A DNA stretch of 64,000 bases from a bacterium. Lineage in GTDB: Bacteria > UBA8248. The position numbers and the translations under genes were made by a program. This document shows, one piece after another, positions 8,976 to 17,274 of this stretch. Position 1 is the first letter of the stretch; each line of letters starts with the position of its first letter. Location: assembly GCA_965213625.1 (NCBI GenBank), contig CBDBZU010000004.1:1632001-1696000 (forward strand). Direction: 5' to 3'. The notes under the pieces were generated by a model that saw nothing but the letters and a program-made list of their open reading frames with translations, did not search any database and had not been told where the DNA came from.

Positions 8976-9004
8976 AATATCGGTATTTTTATCGAAAAAA
9001 GCAA
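8976..9004 (-). promoter_or_regulatory. Sigma70-like promoter
   Basis: TTGCTT-17 nt-GATATT in an AT-rich tract. Confidence 0.45.
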
Positions 9005-9047
9005 ATTTTTTTTGCAGGAAAAATTCAAGTATCTGAAAAGAAGGGCC

Positions 9048-10358
9048 TTAAAAGTTCGAGGACTCCGGCGCCTCGGTGGAGGCGCTCGATTTCGTCATTT
9101 TCTCAGGCGTCGGCGCCTTGGCGAGGTTCAATTCCAGGGCCTTGGGTTCCGCGCTCAGGAATTCAAGACCGTTCGGCAGGTCGATGTTGCGGCCCGAAAG
9201 TGTGCGCGAATGCGCGCCGGGCGTCATTTTGGCGAGGTTCACGTTCACACGCAGGCGGGTGGCGTCGATGTAATTGAGCAGATCGCGCCTGCCCCTGATG
9301 CGGATTTTGACTTCTTTCGCCGCATCGGCGGGCAGGACGACGCCGTTTGGAACGTTGTAATAATGGACACGGACGCTGAATTCCTCCTCCACCTTGCTTT
9401 CGAGCTGCGGGAAGAAATTCTGCGGGTTCTGGTTCTCCTGCCCGCCGAGCGACCAGAGGAAAAAGACGGCGGCCAGCGCGGCGAGCTTGGGCCGCCAGTT
9501 CGTGAAAACGTGGCGGAGCGAGATGCGCCCCATCGACTGGCCCGACTCGCGGGCAGCGCGCAGACGCGTGGTAAGCCAGGAGGCGAGTTCTTCCTCATTT
9601 TCTATCGTCTTTGTTTGGCTGCCTTCCACGCAGGTAATCTCTCCGCGTTCCTCGGAGATGACGATCGCCAGGGCGTCACAGCGCTCGGTGATGCCCACCG
9701 CCGCCCTGTGGCGCGTGCCGAACTCGGGCGGCAGGGCGCGGTTATCCGAAAGGGGCAGAACGCATCCCACGCGCGAGATCTTGTTCTCGCGAACCACGGC
9801 GGCGCCGTCGTGGTAGGGCGCACCCTTGATAAAAATGGTTTCCAGCAGCGCCGGCTGGATGTCCGCCTCGATCTCCTCGCCCGGGCTTCTCAGGAGGGAG
9901 TCGGTCAAATCCCGGTGTTCCACGACGATGATGGCGCCCATATGCTTCGCAGCGAGCGAAAAGGCGGCACTGGCGATGGTGGCGACGCTCTCGTCCGGCA
10001 GGCGGATGCGCATTGCCCGGCGCAGCAGGGTGGAGAATCTGCGCACCGGGTTGAGCTGGAAGAATATCTTCTGGATTTCGCCGTGGAAATTGATGAGAAA
10101 CAGGATGAGCACGGCGATCCAGATGGCCCACAGCAGGAACGAGGTCAGGTGGAGTCCGGCTGCCTGGGAGGCGAGATAGATGAGCCACACCGCGAACACG
10201 CGAACGAGGAGGCGCATCGCCTGAGTGCCCTTGAAGCGAATATAGACCTGGTAGAGCAGGAACCACATAATCCCGATGTCGAGCATATGGTTCCAGGAGA
10301 GTTTTTGGAAGAAATTCAAGGCCGGTTGAGCGACGCCCCACATGAGATCAAACCTCAT
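9048..10358 (-). CDS. cdaA: Diadenylate cyclase CdaA fused to a C-terminal TM + YbbR (CdaR-like) domain
   Basis: Three N-terminal TM segments, YHDGA and GTRHRAAVGITE DAC motifs, then NWRPKLAALAAVFFLW and a YbbR-like VKIRIRG...VNLAKMTPGAH...LPNGLEFLSAEP domain. Confidence 0.9.
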   Translation of the reverse strand: MRFDLMWGVAQPALNFFQKLSWNHMLDIGIMWFLLYQVYIRFKGTQAMRLLVRVFAVWLIYLASQAAGLHLTSFLLWAIWIAVLILFLINFHGEIQKIFFQLNPVRRFSTLLRRAMRIRLPDESVATIASAAFSLAAKHMGAIIVVEHRDLTDSLLRSPGEEIEADIQPALLETIFIKGAPYHDGAAVVRENKISRVGCVLPLSDNRALPPEFGTRHRAAVGITERCDALAIVISEERGEITCVEGSQTKTIENEEELASWLTTRLRAARESGQSMGRISLRHVFTNWRPKLAALAAVFFLWSLGGQENQNPQNFFPQLESKVEEEFSVRVHYYNVPNGVVLPADAAKEVKIRIRGRRDLLNYIDATRLRVNVNLAKMTPGAHSRTLSGRNIDLPNGLEFLSAEPKALELNLAKAPTPEKMTKSSASTEAPESSNF

Positions 10359-10703
10359 CCGTCTTGTTCAGGGGGCGGTCTTTTTTGCTCGGCGAATCCA
10401 GAAAATTCCTGAGTGGCGGGCGAAGTATCCAGAATTGGTAGACGCCGGGACCACCCGCATCGTCCGCAACTCCAGAATTTTCCGTATGTTACCGCATTTA
10501 CTTAAAATTTACAATTAGCAAAATCAAAATTCCGCAAAAAAAGACGCCATATGCGCATTTCCCCGCATTTGCGCGGCCCGCATTCGAGACTCCTTGCCCT
10601 AGATTATCGCCGTTACACCCGCTCCCAGTTTCACCGGGGCGGCGGCCTCCGGCGGACCGCCGGGAATCGAAACCCTGAAAGACCAGCGAAAAAGGAGTTT
10701 CCC

Positions 10704-12782
10704 TTGAAAAAATGGATGAACCGCATTTGGGCGCGGGCCGAGGCGCAGAAGGATTCTCACCCATTGAGGTTGCATGGCCACCTCATCCGCGCGGTTGCGA
10801 AAGATGCCCAACCGTCGGGCGAAGCCTGGGATTTCGAAGTGCTGATCGCCAGGGCCGGTTACTCGAGGGACGGAGAGTGGTTCCTGCCCCGCGAGGTTCT
10901 GCGCGAGGCCGCTCCCCTGTTCGAGGGCGCGCAGGCGTTCGCGAATCACACGGGATCGGGTGGCCCCGACATCAAGAACCTGGTCGGCTGGCACCGCGAA
11001 GTCCGCATGGGCGAGGAAGGGCTGTTGAGTACGTTTGCGGTTTCGCGCTCAGCACCCTGGTTTCAGGCGCTGGCGCACGATGCGCTGGCCCGGAGCCTCG
11101 ATGAGCCCTTTGGCTTTTCCTTCGACGTGCTCGCGCAGGCGGAGTTCCGTGAGGAGGCCGATGGGCTCGTTTTGCATTTCGAAAAGATTCTGGCGGTCCA
11201 CTCCGTCGACGTTGTGCACAAAGGCAAGCTCGGGGGCGGGATTCTGGGTCTCGCCGCCAATCATTCCACTAAAACGGAGGTGAAGATGTTCGAAAAGCTC
11301 GGAAAAAAACTGAAAAGCGTGGCGCCCGAATCGGGCAAGAGGCTCGGCGATGCATGGACGCCGCAGCAGTTCCTCGCGGCCTGTGAAGACGCAGGTCTCG
11401 AACTGGACTTGAAGGAAAAAGGAGGAAACCCCATGGAAGATGGAACCGAAACCGGGACTGCGGCTCGCAAGGTGCTTGCCCAGAAACTCGCAGCCTCCAC
11501 GCTGCCCGAAGCCGTTCAGGAGAAGATGCGCGCCCAGTTCGGGGAAGGGAGCTTCTCGGAGGAGGAAATCGAAGAGGCGATCCGCATCGAGGCGGCCACG
11601 CTGGAAAAACTCACGGCAAGCGGCGCGCTTCGTGGTTTCGGCGCTCGCGCGGAGGTGATGCGTGATGAGGCGGACCGTAAGAAAGCGGCGCTAGACGGGA
11701 TATGGAATTCGCGCGAAGAGGCGGTCGAGGGTGAGCGTCCCTATCGTTTCATGAGCGAGGCGTTTCAGGATTTTACGGGACATCGCCTCACCCCGCGCCA
11801 ATTTTTTGCCGAGACGTTCCACTACCACCGCGCCGCCGAGGACTGGAACGGGGTGCGCCGACTCTCCGCCTCCTTGCAGACGAGCACGTGGGGCGAGGCG
11901 TTCGGCGATTCCATCCGCCGCGCCATGTTGCGCGACTTCCGGGACGAGCGGTTCCACCAGTGGAAGAAGATCGTCTCCTCGGTTACGCCCGTGAAGGATT
12001 TCCGCACGAACCGCCGGGTGCGCGTCGGCGGTTACGGCGATCTACAGAAAGTCGCCGAACAGGCCGCTTATCCGGCGCTCACCTCCCCGACGGATGAGGA
12101 GGTGACGTACGCCGTGGCCAAGCGCGGCGGCGTGGAGGATCTCACCTGGGAGATGATCCAGAACGACGACATGGGCGCGATTCGCATGATCCCCCAGCGA
12201 CTCGCCCGCGCGGCCCAGCGCACCCTGAACGGCTTCGTGTTCGATTTCCTCACCTCCAACGCGGATATCTACGACGGCGACGCGCTATTCCACGCCAACC
12301 ACAACAACACTTCCGCGAACGCGCTCACGTACGACAACGTCATCGCCGGGGTGAAGACGATGGGCCAGCAGACGTTCTACGGAGAAGACGGCGTCGAGGT
12401 GGCGGCGCAGGCGCGGCCCCAATACCTCGTCCACCCGACTGAACTGCTCGAAGAGGCGTTCGACGTCACCCAGTCTCCCGTCAAGGTCGTTGCGGGCGGA
12501 AACTCCAACCAGCCGAGCTTCATCAACCGCCTGGGCATGGAGCCCTTGTGGGTGCCCGAACTCACCGACGCGAACGATTGGTACATGGTCGCCGACCCGA
12601 GCCTCATGGACACCGTCGAGATCGGTTTCATGGACGATATGCGCGAACCCGAGCTGTTCATCGAGGACAACCCATCCGCTGGCAGTGGATTCAGCGCGGA
12701 CAAGATTCGCTACAAGATCAGGCACGTCTATGGCGGAGCCGTCCTGGACTTTCGCAGTTTCTATCGTGGTGCGCCCGCCTAG
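10704..12782 (+). CDS. Prohead protease-scaffold-major capsid protein fusion (HK97 fold)
   Basis: N-terminal protease motifs LREAAPLFEGAQAFANH, FGFSFD, HSVDVVH...GG. C-terminal capsid motifs VKDFR, TWEMIQNDDMGAI..IP..LARAA, YDGDALFHANHNN, WYMVADP, IRYKIRHVYGGAVLDFRSFY. TTG start after AGGAG. Confidence 0.9.
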   Translation: MKKWMNRIWARAEAQKDSHPLRLHGHLIRAVAKDAQPSGEAWDFEVLIARAGYSRDGEWFLPREVLREAAPLFEGAQAFANHTGSGGPDIKNLVGWHREVRMGEEGLLSTFAVSRSAPWFQALAHDALARSLDEPFGFSFDVLAQAEFREEADGLVLHFEKILAVHSVDVVHKGKLGGGILGLAANHSTKTEVKMFEKLGKKLKSVAPESGKRLGDAWTPQQFLAACEDAGLELDLKEKGGNPMEDGTETGTAARKVLAQKLAASTLPEAVQEKMRAQFGEGSFSEEEIEEAIRIEAATLEKLTASGALRGFGARAEVMRDEADRKKAALDGIWNSREEAVEGERPYRFMSEAFQDFTGHRLTPRQFFAETFHYHRAAEDWNGVRRLSASLQTSTWGEAFGDSIRRAMLRDFRDERFHQWKKIVSSVTPVKDFRTNRRVRVGGYGDLQKVAEQAAYPALTSPTDEEVTYAVAKRGGVEDLTWEMIQNDDMGAIRMIPQRLARAAQRTLNGFVFDFLTSNADIYDGDALFHANHNNTSANALTYDNVIAGVKTMGQQTFYGEDGVEVAAQARPQYLVHPTELLEEAFDVTQSPVKVVAGGNSNQPSFINRLGMEPLWVPELTDANDWYMVADPSLMDTVEIGFMDDMREPELFIEDNPSAGSGFSADKIRYKIRHVYGGAVLDFRSFYRGAPA

Positions 12783-12815
12783 TCGCGTGGCGATTGCCCT
12801 TCTTAAGGAGAAGCC

Positions 12816-13157
12816 ATGTCCGACAGGCGAACCCACACGATAGTCCTCGCTCCTCCCGCGACCAGAGTCGCCGCGGGAGGCAGCACGGCGTTCGAAGTGA
12901 GCCGCTTCACCGAGGCGCTCTTGTTCATCGACGTAACGGCAGTTTCTGGCGATTCGCCCAAGCTCGATTTCGAGGTGCGAACCGGGCCGGAGGATGATGA
13001 AGTCGCTTTCGAGCATACCAAATCTGCGCAAATCACCTCGGCGGGTAAAACCCTCGTCAAGCTCACGAACATTGGCCCCTGGATCAGGCTCGCGTGGTCC
13101 GTCGGCGGGGAGGAGGCTTCGTTCACGTTCGAGGCCAAGCTCGCGCTGAAAACATGA
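12816..13157 (+). CDS. Putative capsid decoration/cement protein (small beta-rich)
   Basis: 113 aa, all-beta pattern (DVTAVSGDSPKLDFEV...NIGPWIRLAWSVGG..FTF). Directly after the capsid gene with a TAAGGAG RBS. Confidence 0.55.
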   Translation: MSDRRTHTIVLAPPATRVAAGGSTAFEVSRFTEALLFIDVTAVSGDSPKLDFEVRTGPEDDEVAFEHTKSAQITSAGKTLVKLTNIGPWIRLAWSVGGEEASFTFEAKLALKT

Positions 13158-13200
13158 GACCACCTGCATCTGGTGAGCGAGACGAGAGGAGAAAACAGGA

Positions 13201-13911
13201 ATGGCAAGCAGGCAGACGATCATCAAGGAGGTGAAGGTGTTGTTGAAGACGGGCGCGCTGCCCCGGGAGTTCGGGGCTGAGGAGGCGGACTTCGCCGATT
13301 TGGTGAACGCGGCGCTCACACGCTACAGCAAGGACAGGCCGCTCGTTTCGTTCGCCGATTACGCAGGCGATAGCGAGTCGTTCGATTTTCCCCTGCCCGA
13401 GGACTGGGATGACTCCCTCTCCTTCATCCGTGAGGTGGAATATCCACAGGGGGAGAGAAAACCCTCCTACCTGCGGAGGAGCGCCTGGATCATCTATGCC
13501 AAAGGAACCCCGGCGGCGAGGTTCAGGCTCATGTACTTCGCTCCTCAAATGGGCCACACGCTTCGCCTGTTCTACACGATCAAACACACGGCAGATGACG
13601 AACACACCAGTGTTCCCGAAAACGATTTGACCGCCGTGGCCTGGCTGGCCGCCGCGGAGGGCTGTCACCTTCTGGCCCGCCGCTTCGCCCAGTCCTCGAA
13701 CCCGACCCTCGCAGCGGATTCGGTGGACTACCAGAGCAAGTCTTCGGAATACACGCGCCTGGGCCGGGAGCTCGAGCGCAAATACCAGAACCATCTCGGC
13801 CGCAAGGAAGGCGAAGTGGCGGGCGCTGCAGGCGCGTCTCTCGATTGGGACATTCTTCTTTCATTGGCGCGCGGTGAGTACTTCACGCACGGCGCCTCCG
13901 GGGATCGCTAG
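13201..13911 (+). CDS. Putative head-tail adaptor/connector protein
   Basis: Position in the cluster. Helical N-terminus, beta middle, C-terminal DSVDYQSKSSEYTRLGRELERKY typical of adaptors. Confidence 0.6.
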   Translation: MASRQTIIKEVKVLLKTGALPREFGAEEADFADLVNAALTRYSKDRPLVSFADYAGDSESFDFPLPEDWDDSLSFIREVEYPQGERKPSYLRRSAWIIYAKGTPAARFRLMYFAPQMGHTLRLFYTIKHTADDEHTSVPENDLTAVAWLAAAEGCHLLARRFAQSSNPTLAADSVDYQSKSSEYTRLGRELERKYQNHLGRKEGEVAGAAGASLDWDILLSLARGEYFTHGASGDR

Positions 13912-14433
13912 GTGGGGAGGAGGGGCGGAGTGTTCCGTCGATATGTGGCGCTTGGAGAATTGCCGGAGGTGCCGGCAATCGCATGGGAAGAGGTTTTTCT
14001 CCTCGCGCACGAGGCGATGCGCGAGATCATCGGAATGCTCAGGCGCGAGGTAATGGCGCGAACGCCCATCGGCGCGAGCGGAAACCTCAGGGGCAATATC
14101 TACACCGGAATAAAAGGAATAAGCCCTCAAGTGTTGCGCGGCGTGGTCGCCTCGCGCACCCCATACGCCAGGTACGTGGAATTCGGGCGCCGGGCGGGCG
14201 GCAGAATGCCGCCTTGGAGGGAGGGTACGTCCCTGTATCGCTGGGTGGCCCACAAACTGGATCCGCCCGATGGGCAAATCGAGAGCGTGTCCTTCCTCGT
14301 TGCCCGAGCGATCGCACGGCGCGGGATACCGGCAAGCCGTATGTTCGCGCGCGCCTTCGAGCAAAATCAAAGCCGAATCGATCGGCGTATTCGTGAACTG
14401 CTCGATGAGATTGCGAGGTTAATAGGTGGCTAA
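13912..14433 (+). CDS. HK97 gp10-like neck/tail-completion protein
   Basis: TPIGASGNLRGNI, TPYARYVEFG, GIPASRMFARAFEQ. Confidence 0.8.
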   Translation: MGRRGGVFRRYVALGELPEVPAIAWEEVFLLAHEAMREIIGMLRREVMARTPIGASGNLRGNIYTGIKGISPQVLRGVVASRTPYARYVEFGRRAGGRMPPWREGTSLYRWVAHKLDPPDGQIESVSFLVARAIARRGIPASRMFARAFEQNQSRIDRRIRELLDEIARLIGG

Positions 14434-14959
14434 ATCACGATACAGAGAAATTGGCGACACCATTTTGGCGGAAATATCGAGCGTACCGGAGGCAGGGCGG
14501 GTGCACGCCTATCAGCGCTGGTCGGCCGATTTGGGGAAATACCTGGACCATTTCCGTTGGGAGGCGGGCGGCGGCCTCGCCCAGATCAGGGGTTGGGTGC
14601 TGACGCGCGAGAGAGCAGGGGAGGAGGCTGCATCGGTCGGCTCTAGCGCGTCCGGCGGCTTCACGCCCTCAGGCCTCAGCAGGCGAACCCACACGTTCTT
14701 GCTGTTCGGCATCATGAGCGCCGAGGACGCGGTGGGCAGCGAGGTGGCCTTTCAGGATCTGATCGAGGAGATTTGCGACCGCTTCAGGGACGACAGGGCG
14801 CTACGCCTCCTCGATGATTCAGGCGCCCCGCGCGTCCGCTCCCTGGAGCGTCTTCAGCCTCCGCAGGTGGATCTGATTGAACTGAGAACATTTGGAAACG
14901 TGCTTTGCCACTACGTCGAAATCAGGCTTCGGGCAATAGAGCGGATTCGGCGGGATTGA
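14426..14959 (+). CDS. Putative tail terminator protein
   Basis: Position between the gp10-like and tube genes, size, and the pattern FQDLIEEICDRFR...LCHYVEIRL. Confidence 0.6.
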   Translation: MAKSRYREIGDTILAEISSVPEAGRVHAYQRWSADLGKYLDHFRWEAGGGLAQIRGWVLTRERAGEEAASVGSSASGGFTPSGLSRRTHTFLLFGIMSAEDAVGSEVAFQDLIEEICDRFRDDRALRLLDDSGAPRVRSLERLQPPQVDLIELRTFGNVLCHYVEIRLRAIERIRRD

Positions 14960-15032
14960 GTGAAGCAAATGAAATGAAACCGGCGGAGGATGTTTCTTCG
15001 CCTTAAAAAAATTCAAAGGAGGAGAACAGCGA

Positions 15033-16172
15033 ATGGGCGATACGATATTGATGGATCGGCAAACTATCGGCGCGACGGAAGAGAAGGAACTTGTGGCGGA
15101 TTCCGCCGACGCCTCCACCCTGGTGGACGCCGCGCTCGCAGAGGATGATGACTTCTGGAACGGCTCGGTGCTGCGCACGATTCGGGGGATGGGTGTTGGC
15201 CAAAAAAGAAAGGTGAGCGATTACGACGCGGCCTTGGACACGCTCACGGTGGACACCGCCTGGGACGCCATGCCGGCGGCGGGCACGGCCTACCTACTGG
15301 ATAGGCCCGCTGTTTCTTCGGAACTGTTCCGGGCGGGCAACTTCACCCATGAGGTCAGCGTTGAGCAGCTGGAACGCGCGGTGAAGGATGCGAGCCTCTC
15401 GCCTTTTCCCTCGATTCCAGGAAAACGCTCCGCGCAGATTTCCTTTTCCACCGAGTTGCGCGGTTCGGGAGTTCCCGGAGTTGCGCCCGATTACGGACTG
15501 TTGTTCAAGGCGTGCGCGATGAGCGAGGCCATCGTGGAGGGCGCTTCCGTCACCTATGCGCCCGTGTCCGATAAATCGGACTATACGAGAGTCTGCCTGA
15601 CGACGTTCATCGACGGACTGCGGGTGATGTATCTGGGCTGCATGGGGAGTTTTTCCATCAACTGTCCCCTGGACGGCGTTCCCACGGTGGATTGGGAGTT
15701 CGAGGCGGCTGATTTCGAAGTGAGCGATGCGCCGCTCCCGGGCGGCGCGTCCTACGACGAGCAGACGCCCGAATCCATCCTCATGAGCGGCTTTTCGTTC
15801 GGCGGATTCCATTTAGACGCGGCGAACATCCGCTTTGCCATGAACAACGAAGTGGTGCTGCGTCAGAGCGCCAACGCATCGGGCGGGCACGTGAACGCGA
15901 TGGTGACGGGCCGTGCGCCCTCCGGCTCCTTCGACCCAGAAGCAGTGCTCCAGGCCACAGACGACGTGTTCGCCGATTGGGAGAGCGGCGCACAGCTCCC
16001 CCTGCGCGTACAGATCGGTCACAGGGCCGGGAACATCTGCACCATCACCGCGCCCAAGTGCCAGTATTCGGATATGGGATTTTCCGACCGCGACGGCCTG
16101 CTGACTTATGATGCGCCCTTCCGCCTGGCCCGCGACGCGGGTGATGACGAGATTTCCATCGTTTTCACCTAG
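15033..16172 (+). CDS. Non-contractile tail tube protein with inserted N-terminal accessory domain
   Basis: ISFSTELRGSG...PDYGLLFKAC, VTYAPVS, GCMGSFSI, VTGRAPSGSF, GDDEISIVFT C-terminus. AGGAGG RBS. Confidence 0.8.
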   Translation: MGDTILMDRQTIGATEEKELVADSADASTLVDAALAEDDDFWNGSVLRTIRGMGVGQKRKVSDYDAALDTLTVDTAWDAMPAAGTAYLLDRPAVSSELFRAGNFTHEVSVEQLERAVKDASLSPFPSIPGKRSAQISFSTELRGSGVPGVAPDYGLLFKACAMSEAIVEGASVTYAPVSDKSDYTRVCLTTFIDGLRVMYLGCMGSFSINCPLDGVPTVDWEFEAADFEVSDAPLPGGASYDEQTPESILMSGFSFGGFHLDAANIRFAMNNEVVLRQSANASGGHVNAMVTGRAPSGSFDPEAVLQATDDVFADWESGAQLPLRVQIGHRAGNICTITAPKCQYSDMGFSDRDGLLTYDAPFRLARDAGDDEISIVFT

Positions 16173-16244
16173 CCGTTATTCGACAGGCGGCTTCTTCTTC
16201 ATTTTGGCCAAGTATTGGTTCAGGGAAAACGAACGGGAGGAATC

Positions 16245-16637
16245 GTGGAATTATCAGAATACAGAAACCATGGCCGCAAGCCCATCACGCTGCCTTCGGG
16301 GCTCAAGGGCTTCGTGCGCGCGCCGAATCTCCTGGACATGGCGGCGTATCCAAAGTTATTAGCCGGCGCTTCAAACGGTGCTGCGGGCGAGGAGGAGCAA
16401 TACGCGCTTACCGGGGAGTGGGTGCACTGCATCCTGAGGCGCTGCTTTGTTCCCGAGCGCGGCTCGATGACGGAAAAAGAACCGGGGCGTTGTATGCCCG
16501 ATGAACTCAGCATCCACGAACTCGCCCCGGCGGATGCGGATGCGATTTTCACAGCCGTTACGGCCCTGCAGAACGAGACGGCGGCTCCTGTCCCTGAGGA
16601 GGGCGCGCCGGGCGGCGATACGTTTCCGGCGGCGTAG
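16245..16637 (+). CDS. Tail assembly chaperone (gpG-like)
   Basis: GGAGG plus GTG start, ITLPSGLKGFVRAPNLLDM. Follows the tail tube gene. Confidence 0.7.
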   Translation: MELSEYRNHGRKPITLPSGLKGFVRAPNLLDMAAYPKLLAGASNGAAGEEEQYALTGEWVHCILRRCFVPERGSMTEKEPGRCMPDELSIHELAPADADAIFTAVTALQNETAAPVPEEGAPGGDTFPAA

Positions 16638-16824
16638 GAAAGAGCTTCTCGGGGTCATTCACTTTCAGGCGAAGACCTATGGCCTCCCCCCGCACCTGTT
16701 GGCTCGATGCTCCTGGGAGGAGTTCCGCTTCAACCAGGAGGTGCTCGAAGCCGGTCTGGCGCTGGAGCGGATGAGTCGGCGGGAGCCGGGGAAAAACACG
16801 AACCTCAGACGATTCAAGAGCTAA
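16627..16824 (+). CDS. Tail chaperone extension (gpT-like), probably expressed by programmed frameshift
   Basis: The +1 frame overlapping the gpG stop reads RRRRKELLGVIHFQAKTYGLPPHLL...EFRFNQEVLEAG. No own RBS or start. TTT-C site at 16623-16626. Confidence 0.55.
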   Translation, partial: RRRRKELLGVIHFQAKTYGLPPHLLARCSWEEFRFNQEVLEAGLALERMSRREPGKNTNLRRFKS

Positions 16825-16866
16825 AGAACCGGCTCTCCCGATACGGGGAGGGCCGGTTCTTATTTG
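16824..16866 (+). terminator. Rho-independent terminator ending the head-tail operon
   Basis: 16-bp stem AAGAACCGGCTCTCCC / GGGAGGGCCGGTTCTT followed by ATTT. Confidence 0.8.
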
Positions 16867-16911
16867 GTGCTTGATGTTTTTCCGGTTAAGAGAGCTATTT
16901 TATTCTGGGAA

Positions 16912-17244
16912 TTATTTGTCCCACTGAAAATCAGGATTCGGCGGTGAGAACATGTCGATGTACTCCGCTTCTTCGAGAACTTCGCCTCCGTGCGGGGTTC
17001 CCGCCGGAAACACCATGACGTCACCTGCCTGAACGACCTGGTAATCCTCGTCTCCCGAGTGGAACTTCAGCTTTCCCCGGATCATGTGCGTTATCTGGTC
17101 GAATTCGTGCGTGTGCGTCTTGATGGGACTTCCGGTCTTTGCCGTGATCCGGCACGCCATCACGTTGTCCGTTTTGACGATTCTACCCCGGATGATGTCG
17201 TTCAGTTGTCTTTCCTCGACGTCGTTCCAATGAAGTATAGCCAT
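16912..17244 (-). CDS. Cupin-domain protein
   Basis: HTHEFDQ...GDVMVFPAGTPHG cupin motifs. Confidence 0.85.
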   Translation of the reverse strand: MAILHWNDVEERQLNDIIRGRIVKTDNVMACRITAKTGSPIKTHTHEFDQITHMIRGKLKFHSGDEDYQVVQAGDVMVFPAGTPHGGEVLEEAEYIDMFSPPNPDFQWDK

Positions 17245-17274
17245 GAGCGCATCCTCATATTGAGAGTTGTGGAT

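Noticed and set aside
10704-12782. Encapsulin nanocompartment
   Set aside because: Prohead protease, portal, terminase, neck and tail genes are all present.
16600-16780. -1 frameshift in the tail chaperone
   Set aside because: There is no slippery heptamer before the stop, and the -1 frame is not protein-like whereas the +1 frame is.
13201-16824. Tailocin, contractile injection system or T6SS
   Set aside because: No sheath or baseplate genes, and head and DNA-packaging genes are present.
1-16866. Intact inducible prophage
   Set aside because: Structural genes are interrupted by host genes and end at a terminator, and no integrase, replication, lysis or tape-measure gene is in the window. 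Sequence upstream of base 1 is unseen, so this is disfavoured rather than excluded.
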